64,000 nt of DNA from an uncultured Bacteroidaceae bacterium (GTDB lineage Bacteria; Bacillota; Clostridia; Christensenellales; CAG-917): contig CAZJZV010000008.1 in the NCBI GenBank assembly GCA_964550635.1, positions 691 through 64,690 of the forward strand. Direction: 5' to 3'. Positions within the stretch are counted from its first letter, which is position 1; each line of letters starts with the position of its first letter. The notes below the pieces were generated by a model. That model ran no database searches, was not told the DNA's origin, and saw nothing but the letters and a program-made list of their open reading frames with translations. A program made the translations under genes and the position numbers. Shown in pieces: positions 39,611-47,788 of the stretch.

Positions 39611-40246
39611 ATGGATTTGTTGACAATAGTTTTGATAGTGGGACTATCGTGTATGACAATGGCGTTTGTATGTGCCTTATGTGTGTGTGTTAAGCAGCAT
39701 TGGAGTTTCGAATGCGAACAAAACGCATTGGCATCTGCACTCAATAATAAGGCTCGGCAAAAAGATTGCGCCAAAGGTGTTGCTCATTTGACTGCTGATG
39801 AATTGATCGCGCAAAAAAACGAAGAAATTGCATCTCTCAATGATATGATAGCAAAATATGAAGAAGAACATAGGCGCAACGTCGAGGTGGAAAAGAAGCT
39901 AGAAAAGCACTACGGCGATGCAGGCATTTCTTTAAGCAATTTGATTGGATATACCGAAGACTGTAGAAAAACGCTTAAACATGATTATATTGAAAGAGGA
40001 GTAGAATATTCTTGTGATGATATTGATTATGTTTTAAAAGCAATTTTGAGAGAAGAAATTTGTATTGTTGAAAGATTGCCCAATTATTATCCACAAATAG
40101 GGGAGAAAATTGATTGCGCGTGCATGGAAGAAGTCGGGGAGAAAAATTATGGTTACATAACTCAAATTGTGGAACCCGGGAAAAAATGTGGAACTTTCGT
40201 GGTTCGCAAAGCAAAAGTAAAAACAGAAAGGAGAATACAAGAATGA
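39611..40246 (+). CDS. N-terminally membrane-anchored coiled-coil protein with GrpE-like C-terminal domain
   Basis: TM helix LLTIVLIVGLSCMTMAFVCALCVCV. Coiled coil EEIASLNDMIAKYEEEHRRNVEVEKKLEK. The C-terminus (IGEKIDCACMEEVGEKNYGYITQIVEPGKKCGTFVVRKAKVKTE) parallels the GrpE beta-domain (VGKPFDP.LHQAVMQVE...V.E.LQKGYKL.DRVIRPSMVKV). It lies immediately upstream of, and overlaps, the Hsp70-like gene. Confidence 0.4.
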   Translation: MDLLTIVLIVGLSCMTMAFVCALCVCVKQHWSFECEQNALASALNNKARQKDCAKGVAHLTADELIAQKNEEIASLNDMIAKYEEEHRRNVEVEKKLEKHYGDAGISLSNLIGYTEDCRKTLKHDYIERGVEYSCDDIDYVLKAILREEICIVERLPNYYPQIGEKIDCACMEEVGEKNYGYITQIVEPGKKCGTFVVRKAKVKTERRIQE

Positions 40247-42039
40247 AACAAATTATTACGATAGGCATCGACATTGGCACTCAATACTGCAGTGCAGGTT
40301 ATGTTTTGGATAATGAATATCATCAAATTGATTTTGCCAACTGTCCGTATGGAATTCCGACAACGGTATGTTTAAGAAGCGCCGATGCCAATGAAAAAGA
40401 AAACATTGTAGAGCAGCATGATGGCAAAAAATACGTAGTGGAATCAGGCACAAATGCGGTTGATAAAATAGATACAGACTATTCTAATGGGAGCGTATAT
40501 ATATTATCGCCTTCACAATCGATAAAAACGCTCATGAGAAAAAATGTGAAACAAGTAAAGTTATTTAATAATATCACGTCACTAGATGAAGATTTCGAAA
40601 CTAAAGAATTAGTATATAACTTTATTTGGCATGTAGTAGATAAAATAATAGATAAATTCCGCGCTAATGGAATTAATTTAAACGATTATAAATTAGTCGT
40701 CAATATGGGCTATCCGGGGAAAGATGAGTTAAATTCCAACGAAGAAGAAAACTACAAGAATGAGATTGCACGCATAGTAGGCAGTGCGTTTAATTTAAAG
40801 GTAGACGGAGCAAATGTAGAGGTTAAAGCTATAAGCGAAGCAGCGCTAGCGGCAGATTTGCTAAAAAATATCTGCTTGGAAAATAATGGATCGCCGAAAC
40901 AAAAAGTTTGTACAATTGACGTGGGTGCTGGAACTACCGATTTGGCTTTTTTGAAATTGGATGAAAAAACACACAAATATTTGTGTGAAGGTCAAACGAC
41001 ATGCAATTTTGGGGGGAAAAGCATCGATCTAGTTCTCGGGGATCAAAGCCTGGAATGGGAACGAGAAAATGGAGGCATTCATAAAGGCGAATTAAATCCC
41101 GCTCACCTTCGTCCGGATACTATAGCAAAACGCAAAAAATGGATTTTCACCGGAAATGCCGAAGATGGTAAGATAACTGGTTATGATAATATATATCTCA
41201 GTAAGAAAATTGGTGAGTATATTGAAAACGATACTATTGTTACAGAAGAACGTGATTTGGGCACTTTAAAAACCAAATTTGAAAAATTTATAGAAGAAAT
41301 TACAATAGAAGTAAAAAATAATGAGGCAGACGTCGCATTTGTTTTATTGGGCAATTCCAGTCATTTGTCTTATATCAGAGATATGATTGAGGAAACAGTG
41401 AAGCGTAAATTGAGCAATCTAATGGTGAAGGTAGACATTTCATTTTTGGAAGATGCATTAAAGAACACGCCGTTGAATTATATAAACAATTCAAATTTTA
41501 TTGCCAGAGCGGCTGCCGGTTATGAAAATGATATGATAACTACTAATTGTTATGCATTTAGTTATTATAACAAAGAAAAGAATGAAAATGGTTATAAAAT
41601 AATTTCGAGCAAGGGAAATCTAAAAGGATCTTATTATGACACCGAGGCGGACTATATGGTTAATAAGGAAAACAACGAATGTGATTTCGAGGTTGGCGGA
41701 ACAGTGTATAGCATTAAAATACTAGAAAGCGAAGCAATGCAAAAAGCAAATGTTGGCAAGGATTTTTATTATTTAAAGGGGAGCGTACAACCTAAAAACG
41801 TAGACATTGATAAAGAAAATATAAAATATTATAAGCCAACACTAAAGGGAAAGGGCTTGAGATACAACGTAGGGTGCAGTATTGACGATCAGGGAAAATT
41901 AAGTATATGCGTCTTCGCTAATGATAATGACAAAAAGACAAGCGAGGAGAGAAAGAATTTTTTGGAAAAAGCGATTAAAACGGCAGACGCACACGGTAAT
42001 CTTAGCCGTTGGTTCGAATTAAAAAATTACAAAGTATAA
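40243..42039 (+). CDS. divergent Hsp70/actin-fold ATPase (DnaK-like nucleotide-binding domain plus unrelated beta-rich C-terminal domain)
   Basis: Phosphate-1 motif ITIGIDIGTQYCSAG and phosphate-2 motif CTIDVGAGTTDLAFLKL. 598 aa. Its ATG overlaps the upstream stop (ATGA). It is Asn/Lys/Ile-rich. Confidence 0.65.
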   Translation: MKQIITIGIDIGTQYCSAGYVLDNEYHQIDFANCPYGIPTTVCLRSADANEKENIVEQHDGKKYVVESGTNAVDKIDTDYSNGSVYILSPSQSIKTLMRKNVKQVKLFNNITSLDEDFETKELVYNFIWHVVDKIIDKFRANGINLNDYKLVVNMGYPGKDELNSNEEENYKNEIARIVGSAFNLKVDGANVEVKAISEAALAADLLKNICLENNGSPKQKVCTIDVGAGTTDLAFLKLDEKTHKYLCEGQTTCNFGGKSIDLVLGDQSLEWERENGGIHKGELNPAHLRPDTIAKRKKWIFTGNAEDGKITGYDNIYLSKKIGEYIENDTIVTEERDLGTLKTKFEKFIEEITIEVKNNEADVAFVLLGNSSHLSYIRDMIEETVKRKLSNLMVKVDISFLEDALKNTPLNYINNSNFIARAAAGYENDMITTNCYAFSYYNKEKNENGYKIISSKGNLKGSYYDTEADYMVNKENNECDFEVGGTVYSIKILESEAMQKANVGKDFYYLKGSVQPKNVDIDKENIKYYKPTLKGKGLRYNVGCSIDDQGKLSICVFANDNDKKTSEERKNFLEKAIKTADAHGNLSRWFELKNYKV

Positions 42040-42062
42040 TATATGTGTTTAATTAAGCAAAA

Positions 42063-42088
42063 AACCGTCCGAGAGGGCGGTTTTTTTG
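42063..42088. terminator. strong hairpin terminator ending the nine-gene operon (also usable on the opposite strand)
   Basis: Stem AACCGTCC / GGGCGGTT (8 bp, one G-U pair) with loop GAGA, preceded by AAAAA and followed by TTTTTG. It starts 24 nt after the stop at 42039. Confidence 0.75.
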
Positions 42089-42136
42089 TGGGGGGAAATG
42101 GTGGGGGAAAGGGGAATCCTTTTCCTGTTTTTTTGT

Positions 42137-42166
42137 ATGAAAAAGGCTCGTCGGGGACGAGCCTTG
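42137..42166 (-). terminator. rho-independent terminator of the giant lipoprotein gene
   Basis: Minus-strand stem AGGCTCGTC / GACGAGCCT with loop CCC followed by TTTTTCAT, about 25 nt after the stop at 42190. Confidence 0.65.
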
Positions 42167-42189
42167 GGGTGTTGGGGGATGAGGATTGA

Positions 42190-45100
42190 TTATTCGTTGT
42201 AGTCCTCGTATTTGTCGCGTTTTTCGGTGATTGCTTCGGTGTTGGTTTCGGCAAGCACTTTGTCTTTCGCGGGTTTGCGGTACTTCTTGACGAAGAACAC
42301 GATTACGACGGCGATGGTTGCGACTGCGATGATGATCGAAGGAATCATCCAAGCAAGGTTGACGAGATTGAAGGAACTTGCTTCGGGAGTTTCGGTGGTG
42401 TCGTCGACTTTGGTTTCGGTGTCACCGGTTTGGGATGCGGGTTTGACTTCGCGCACTTTGACGGTGGAAGCAAGGGTGCCTGCATCTGCTTGCGCCTTCA
42501 TATTGTCGTAGACTTCTTCGGTCACGGTTTCGAAGGTGATAGCGTCGAACATTGCGTAACCGCTTGAGAGTTTGGTTTCGTCGTCCGCGTCGTAGTCACC
42601 GAGTTGGAGTTTGAGAGTTGCGGAAGTGACCTTATCGTCGAGAGTCTTGACGTAGAAGGTGTATTCCGTCCAGCCTTCAGCCTTGATACCTTCGAAGACG
42701 AGCGGATTTTCGCTATCGTTTGCGGAGCCGAGATAGAACTCAACGCTTGCGCCTGCGCCGGTTGCTTTGAACGTACGCACGTACACGCTTACCTTATAGA
42801 AGGTTTCCGCATTGAGAGTGTAACTGTTGCTGGTGTAGAGATAAGAGCTGGGCGCGGTGTTGTTGATGACAAGGAAGTTCTTTCCGATGACGGAAGAAAC
42901 GTCGTTGCCGTTCGCATCCTTCATTGAGAGCAAATCGCTTGCGGAGATGTAGTTTGCCTTCATATCCGCGTACATTTCGCGTTTTTGGAGAATGGTTTCG
43001 ATTTCCGCATCGGTCTTGCCGGGGTAGGTTGCCTTTGCGCTATCGATGTCGCTTTGCTCGATCTTGTAGTTGCTTTGCTTATAGGTCTTGCCGAAGAGAG
43101 AGACGGTTTGTCCCATTTCGCTCAAGATGTCCTTGTAGAGATCGTCTTCAAGGTCTGCGGAGTCGATATCGTGTTTGGGAAGTGCGCTTGCATCCGCATA
43201 GATGACGCCGCCCTTGGTGTCGGAAGCGGATTGTTCGGTGTCTGCGGATCCCGACCAACCGGAAGGAGTGGAGAGTTCGCTTCTGGACGCTACGTTATCG
43301 GAAGCGGTGTCGAAACCGTCGGTAAGGTAGGTGATCTTTCTATCGACGTTATTGTTGAGAGAAAGCGCGTTGAACTCATCGTCGGTCATGGTGGTGAGAG
43401 TGACGTTGTCGAACAAGACGATACCGGAAGACGCTTCGTCCGCGACGTCGCCGAGATCGCCGGAGATTGCTTGGTCGTAGCCAATGCCGAGGCGGAGTTT
43501 CAAGGAAGAAACGCTGGTCAAACCGACTTGGATATAGAAGGTGTATTCAGTCCAATCGGTGGAACCGACGGTCTTGACTACGAAGTTGGTGTTTTCTGCG
43601 ATACTACCGCTCGAACCGCCGGTGAGATAGATACTGAAAGTGGTTGCTTCCAAGGTCTTAACCCACACGCTGAGTTTGTAGTTGTTGTTTGCGGAAGCGG
43701 AGAAGGTGCCGGACGCAAAGGAGCGGGTGTACTTCTTGCCGTTGAGTCCTGCAAACGCAAGGACGTAAGGTGCGCCGATGCGTTCCGCATTCTCGAAGTA
43801 GGTGTCGTCTTCCGCACCGTAGAGAGTGTTGAAGGACGTTGCGACGGAGTCGCCGAACAACGCTTTGATTTGTTCGCTTGCGTCGTAGTAGTTGTCGTTG
43901 TCCGCTTGTTTGTCGAGTTTTACGATACCTGCAACGAGATTTGCATCGTCCTTGTAGGTTTCTTTGTAGGTGTTGGTGTCGTCCGTGTCGTCGCCGTTGG
44001 GCTTGTAGGTGGAGTCGTTGATGGTCCAGTTGGAAGGCACGCCTGCGTAGTTATTCTTCGCAAGGTCGCCTTGAGCGACGTTACCGTCCGTCCACTTGGT
44101 GTCCGAAACGTTGAAGTTGGAGAAACTGCCGTTGGTGAAGGACGGGGAGGTGGATGCCGCGGAAGACGCAAGGCTTACTGCCTTGACGGTGTTGCCGGTG
44201 GAGACGTCCGCATAATCGTCGTATTCGATTTCGGTCATGCTGATATTGGACACGAACGCTACGCCGTTTGCAAGGGTGGAAGAGGACCAACGATTGCCGG
44301 TGCCGTAGGTGATGCGCAAAGAGAGGTTTTGTGCTTCGAGTTCGTTGCCTTTCACGTAGAAGGAGTATTCCTTCCAAGTGGTGGTTTCGACGTTGTCATC
44401 GTCGTAGGTGGAAGTGTTGATGAGAGTGAAGGAAGACTTGTCGTTGCCTTCGCCGTCAACGAGACAGATATAAACGCCGGAAGTGGACTTGATACCTACC
44501 GTCTTAACCCAGAGAGAGATGCGATAAGTGCCGTTCTTGGAGACCGCAAATTCGTCGGTTTCAAAGAGGAAGTAGGAGTCCGCCGCGTTGGACTTGAACA
44601 TAAGGGCGCGTTCGCTTTCGATTGCGTAAGGGGTGCCCGGGTGTTCGACGCCGTATTGAGTGAAGTTTGCATCTGCGGCAAGGCTGACTACGCCTGCGGT
44701 AACGTCGACGACGGGAAGAGTATCGTCGTTGCCGATTTCGTCGAGAAGGCTACTTGCAGAGAAGCCTGCGGGGGTGCCGAGAGTGTTGTTGTCGTAATCC
44801 GCCGCATTGTCCGAAACGTTTTGGAAGTTTGCGGAGATTGCGCTACCGTCGAAAAGGTTGACGGTGGAGAGGTCCACTTTTGCGTATCTTGCGGAGCTAT
44901 CGCTTTCAAGGTCGACTTCGTAGTCGGTGAGTGCGCCTACGTTCGTCCACGCGTCTTCGGTGATTTCTGCAAGGTTGACTTCGTCAAAGAATGCCCAACC
45001 GGTTGCGAAAGTGCCGTTGGATTTGTAAGTGGTTTGGTTTTCGTTGAATTTGGTTGCGCTCTCGTATTCGGTATAGGTCACCGTGGAGTTGTCGTAGGTG

Positions 45101-46629
45101 TTGCCGGTGCCGAGCCACAAGGACATTGCGTAAGAAGTGTTCTTATATTGATTGCCCGCGATATAGAAGGTGTAAGTCGTCCATGCGCCGTTGGTGCCGA
45201 TTGCGGTGCCGCCGTAGTAGCCGTCTTGGAATTGGTCGTCCGTTCTATTTGCGCCGATGCCTTTGATGAGAATATCTTTGCCTTCGCCCGAGAGTTTGAG
45301 AGTAACGCCCGCGCCGTGCACGCTATAAGTCAAGACGGACACGGAGATTGCGTAGAATTTACCTTTTTCGACGACTATATTCTTGGAAGATTTGAGACCG
45401 TTTGCGGTCATCTTTTGTTGAGAGAGCATATAGACGTTGGTGCCGATTCTGTTGTCACCGAAAGTTTTGATGGTGTTGGGGAAGTCGTTGGACGTCAAGT
45501 AGTTTGCGGGATATTTGATGGTTGCGTCGCCTTCGCCTGCTTTCTCGTAGTGAGTGGAAGCGTAGTCGGAGTAATTTTCGTCAAACTTGGACACGTCGAT
45601 GATACCGTTTTTGCCAAGACCGGTGGGTGCGTTGCCGTCGGTGACGACAGACCAGTTGGAAGCCGTTGCGGAAGTGCCGACTTTGGTGGTGCCGAAATCG
45701 AAACGACCGTTGGGGACTTTGACGGTGAGAGTTTGATTGCTTTCGCGGAATTGTGCCGCGGTGACGCTTGCGTTGCCGTTCAATTCGGTTGCGCTTGCGG
45801 TCGCATATTCGGTGTTTTCGATTTCAACGAGATTCACGTTGTCGAAGAATGCGTAACCGCTCGTAAGACCGTTGGTGTATTCGGAAGTGTATTTGCCGAG
45901 ACCGAGTTGCACGGTGAGAGAGGTTGCGGATTCCGCACCGCCTTCGATATAAAGGGTGTAGGTTTTCCATTCGCCGTTGGTGTTGACGTTTGCAAATTCC
46001 GCATACGCGTTGGAAGAAACGTAAATTCTTGCGCCGGGATTGGCGGATGCGCTTTGATTGCCTTCGTCGTCAAGGGTGCCTTGGATGCCGTAGGTGAGAA
46101 CGTCAACGGAGAGTTTGTAGTATTTGTTCGCCTCAAGAGAGAAGGATGCGGAAGTGTAGCCGTATGCGGTGGGACCGTAGTCGTCCTTGCTTGCATCGAC
46201 GATATCCGCTTTCTTGGGCATATAAATCATGAGCGCGTTGTTGACCGCGCCTTCTGCGGAAGAATAGTGGGACTTGAGAAGATTGTAGATGGTCTTATCT
46301 TCGTCTTTCCATGCGGATGCGTTTGCGGAGTAGAGCGCTTCTTCAAGGCTGATTGCGCCTGCGATGACGCCCTTGGGATAAGAACCGCTACTGTACATGG
46401 AAGCGCCTTTCCAGTCCGTTATGGAGAGGGGATAGGTCGAAGAGGACGTATCCACGACTTTGAAATCGGAGTTGGAAATCAAGAGTCCTTCGGTTGCCTC
46501 GATTTTGGTTTCTTCTTCGGGGGTGGCTGCGGGTGCTTCCGCGTTGTTGCACGCGACGAAGAGGGTGAGGGACAGCACCATAAGAAGTGCGGTCATGAGT
46601 GCTAATAAAGTCAGTCTTTTCTTTTTCAT
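42190..46629 (-). CDS. giant cell-surface lipoprotein with five CBM-like beta-sandwich modules and a C-terminal transmembrane anchor
   Basis: Start taken at ATG 46629 (after AAGGAAAG): MKKKRLTLLALMTALLMVLSLTLFVAC|NN, a lipobox. The module pattern recurs five times, e.g. NKYYKLSVDVLTYG...GEWKTYTLYIEG...LTVQLGLG...GYAFFDNVNLVEI. The C-terminus is AWMIPSIIIAVATIAVVIVFFVKKYRK. Confidence 0.8.
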   Translation of the reverse strand: MKKKRLTLLALMTALLMVLSLTLFVACNNAEAPAATPEEETKIEATEGLLISNSDFKVVDTSSSTYPLSITDWKGASMYSSGSYPKGVIAGAISLEEALYSANASAWKDEDKTIYNLLKSHYSSAEGAVNNALMIYMPKKADIVDASKDDYGPTAYGYTSASFSLEANKYYKLSVDVLTYGIQGTLDDEGNQSASANPGARIYVSSNAYAEFANVNTNGEWKTYTLYIEGGAESATSLTVQLGLGKYTSEYTNGLTSGYAFFDNVNLVEIENTEYATASATELNGNASVTAAQFRESNQTLTVKVPNGRFDFGTTKVGTSATASNWSVVTDGNAPTGLGKNGIIDVSKFDENYSDYASTHYEKAGEGDATIKYPANYLTSNDFPNTIKTFGDNRIGTNVYMLSQQKMTANGLKSSKNIVVEKGKFYAISVSVLTYSVHGAGVTLKLSGEGKDILIKGIGANRTDDQFQDGYYGGTAIGTNGAWTTYTFYIAGNQYKNTSYAMSLWLGTGNTYDNSTVTYTEYESATKFNENQTTYKSNGTFATGWAFFDEVNLAEITEDAWTNVGALTDYEVDLESDSSARYAKVDLSTVNLFDGSAISANFQNVSDNAADYDNNTLGTPAGFSASSLLDEIGNDDTLPVVDVTAGVVSLAADANFTQYGVEHPGTPYAIESERALMFKSNAADSYFLFETDEFAVSKNGTYRISLWVKTVGIKSTSGVYICLVDGEGNDKSSFTLINTSTYDDDNVETTTWKEYSFYVKGNELEAQNLSLRITYGTGNRWSSSTLANGVAFVSNISMTEIEYDDYADVSTGNTVKAVSLASSAASTSPSFTNGSFSNFNVSDTKWTDGNVAQGDLAKNNYAGVPSNWTINDSTYKPNGDDTDDTNTYKETYKDDANLVAGIVKLDKQADNDNYYDASEQIKALFGDSVATSFNTLYGAEDDTYFENAERIGAPYVLAFAGLNGKKYTRSFASGTFSASANNNYKLSVWVKTLEATTFSIYLTGGSSGSIAENTNFVVKTVGSTDWTEYTFYIQVGLTSVSSLKLRLGIGYDQAISGDLGDVADEASSGIVLFDNVTLTTMTDDEFNALSLNNNVDRKITYLTDGFDTASDNVASRSELSTPSGWSGSADTEQSASDTKGGVIYADASALPKHDIDSADLEDDLYKDILSEMGQTVSLFGKTYKQSNYKIEQSDIDSAKATYPGKTDAEIETILQKREMYADMKANYISASDLLSMKDANGNDVSSVIGKNFLVINNTAPSSYLYTSNSYTLNAETFYKVSVYVRTFKATGAGASVEFYLGSANDSENPLVFEGIKAEGWTEYTFYVKTLDDKVTSATLKLQLGDYDADDETKLSSGYAMFDAITFETVTEEVYDNMKAQADAGTLASTVKVREVKPASQTGDTETKVDDTTETPEASSFNLVNLAWMIPSIIIAVATIAVVIVFFVKKYRKPAKDKVLAETNTEAITEKRDKYEDYNE

Positions 46630-46845
46630 ACTTTCCTTTATGCCTAATTGTGATGCGAATTTTATTTGCACGCGTTGTCCGCGCGTTATATATAATTATA
46701 GGCTATGATATGATATAACAAAATCAATAATTTGGCAAACGTATTTCATATTTTCTTGCAAATTAAAGAAAATATAATTATGAACAGCGGACTTTTTGTG
46801 GTTGAATACCCGTCGAAATTCAAAAAGAGCAACGAAAAGAGCGGT

Positions 46846-47199
46846 ATGAAAGAGAAGTCGTTCGCGGTATTTTTCGGACTCGTAGTGGGCGCGGTCAACG
46901 GACTTTTCGGGGCAGGCGGGGGAATGCTCGTCGTGCCTATTTTGAGTTATCTTTACGGCTTGAGTGCAAAGAAATCCCACGCAACCGCAATCATGATTAT
47001 CCTGCCCTTATGCGCGGTCAGTGCGGTGGTGTACGCGCTCAAAGGAAGTTACGACTACTCCATATTTCCCGCAACGATTGTCGGGGTGGTGGCAGGCGGA
47101 ATAGCGGGTGCGCTCCTCCTCAAAAAAGCGAACAACGTCGCGCTCCGCTACGTGTTTTATTTCCTTATGTTGCTTGCAGGACTCAAAATGATATTTTGA
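46846..47199 (+). CDS. half-size TauE/SafE family membrane transporter subunit
   Basis: FGLVVGAVNGLFGAGGGMLVVPIL is the TauE/SafE signature. There are about 4 TM helices. The start is uncertain: ATG 46846, ATG 46780 or TTG 46732. Confidence 0.6.
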   Translation: MKEKSFAVFFGLVVGAVNGLFGAGGGMLVVPILSYLYGLSAKKSHATAIMIILPLCAVSAVVYALKGSYDYSIFPATIVGVVAGGIAGALLLKKANNVALRYVFYFLMLLAGLKMIF

Positions 47200-47375
47200 C
47201 AAAACAAAGCGTTTATTATCTCAAAATGCAATATAAAACGCCGATTTTGCGATTTCTCAAAACTCCGAGTGTTTTTTCGGTTTTAGAATAAACGGGTGTG
47301 GTTTTACGGCTTAAACTGCGTGAAAGTTTTGCGCATACAACAAAAAAATAATGACTTGAAAAGGATGATAAGTTT

Positions 47376-47750
47376 ATGAAAAACGGTTGGATTTTTTATC
47401 TTCTATGCGGACTTGCGGGCGGTGTGCTTGCGGGTATGGGAATGGGCGGCGGTACGCTCACGATACCGCTGTTGACCTTTGCTATGGGGGTTGAGCAACT
47501 CACCGCGCAATTTGTCAATTTGCTTGCTTTCGTGCCTACGGGGACGGTGTCTCTCGGATTGCATTTGAAAAACGGATTGGTGTCCTTTGACCGTATAGGT
47601 TATTTGCTTTTTCCCGCCCTTTTGTCGTCGGTGGTAACTTCCTTTTTCGCATTCGACGCGGGGGATAAGATTTTGACTGTTTTATTCGGCGCGTTTCTCT
47701 CTCTAGTAGCGGTTTTTTCTCTCGCCGTCGAAACCTTGAAAAAAAGTTAA
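47376..47750 (+). CDS. half-size TauE/SafE family membrane transporter subunit
   Basis: 124 aa. GGVLAGMGMGGGTLTIPLLTF is the TauE/SafE signature. It has its own RBS (AAGGATG) and ATG. Confidence 0.65.
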   Translation: MKNGWIFYLLCGLAGGVLAGMGMGGGTLTIPLLTFAMGVEQLTAQFVNLLAFVPTGTVSLGLHLKNGLVSFDRIGYLLFPALLSSVVTSFFAFDAGDKILTVLFGAFLSLVAVFSLAVETLKKS

Positions 47751-47759
47751 AATGGGGTA

Positions 47760-47788
47760 TTTACTTTATTGAAAAAGTATTATATAAT
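47760..47788 (+). promoter_or_regulatory. candidate sigma-A type promoter of the rnf operon
   Basis: TTTACT (47760-47765), a 17-nt spacer, then TATAAT (47783-47788), about 110 nt upstream of the rnfC ATG. Confidence 0.3.

Noticed and set aside
32155-42039. Prophage, ICE or transposon identity for the nine-gene locus
   Set aside because: I found no integrase, recombinase, transposase, terminase, capsid or tail genes, no flanking tRNA and no terminal repeats. The composition does suggest horizontal origin, but a defined mobile element cannot be supported.
42088-42180. G-rich tract (GGGGGG, GGGGG, GGGG, GGGG, GGGGG runs) as a G-quadruplex element
   Set aside because: Only three closely spaced G3+ runs are present, and the fourth is about 50 nt away. 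The region is already explained by two convergent terminator hairpins. The evidence for a functional G4 is too weak.
42985-46605. 1206-aa plus-strand ORF
   Set aside because: It is antisense to the giant lipoprotein gene. It has a Gly/Val/Arg/Cys/Asp-rich junk composition and no start context. The repeated modules and both anchors make sense only on the minus strand.
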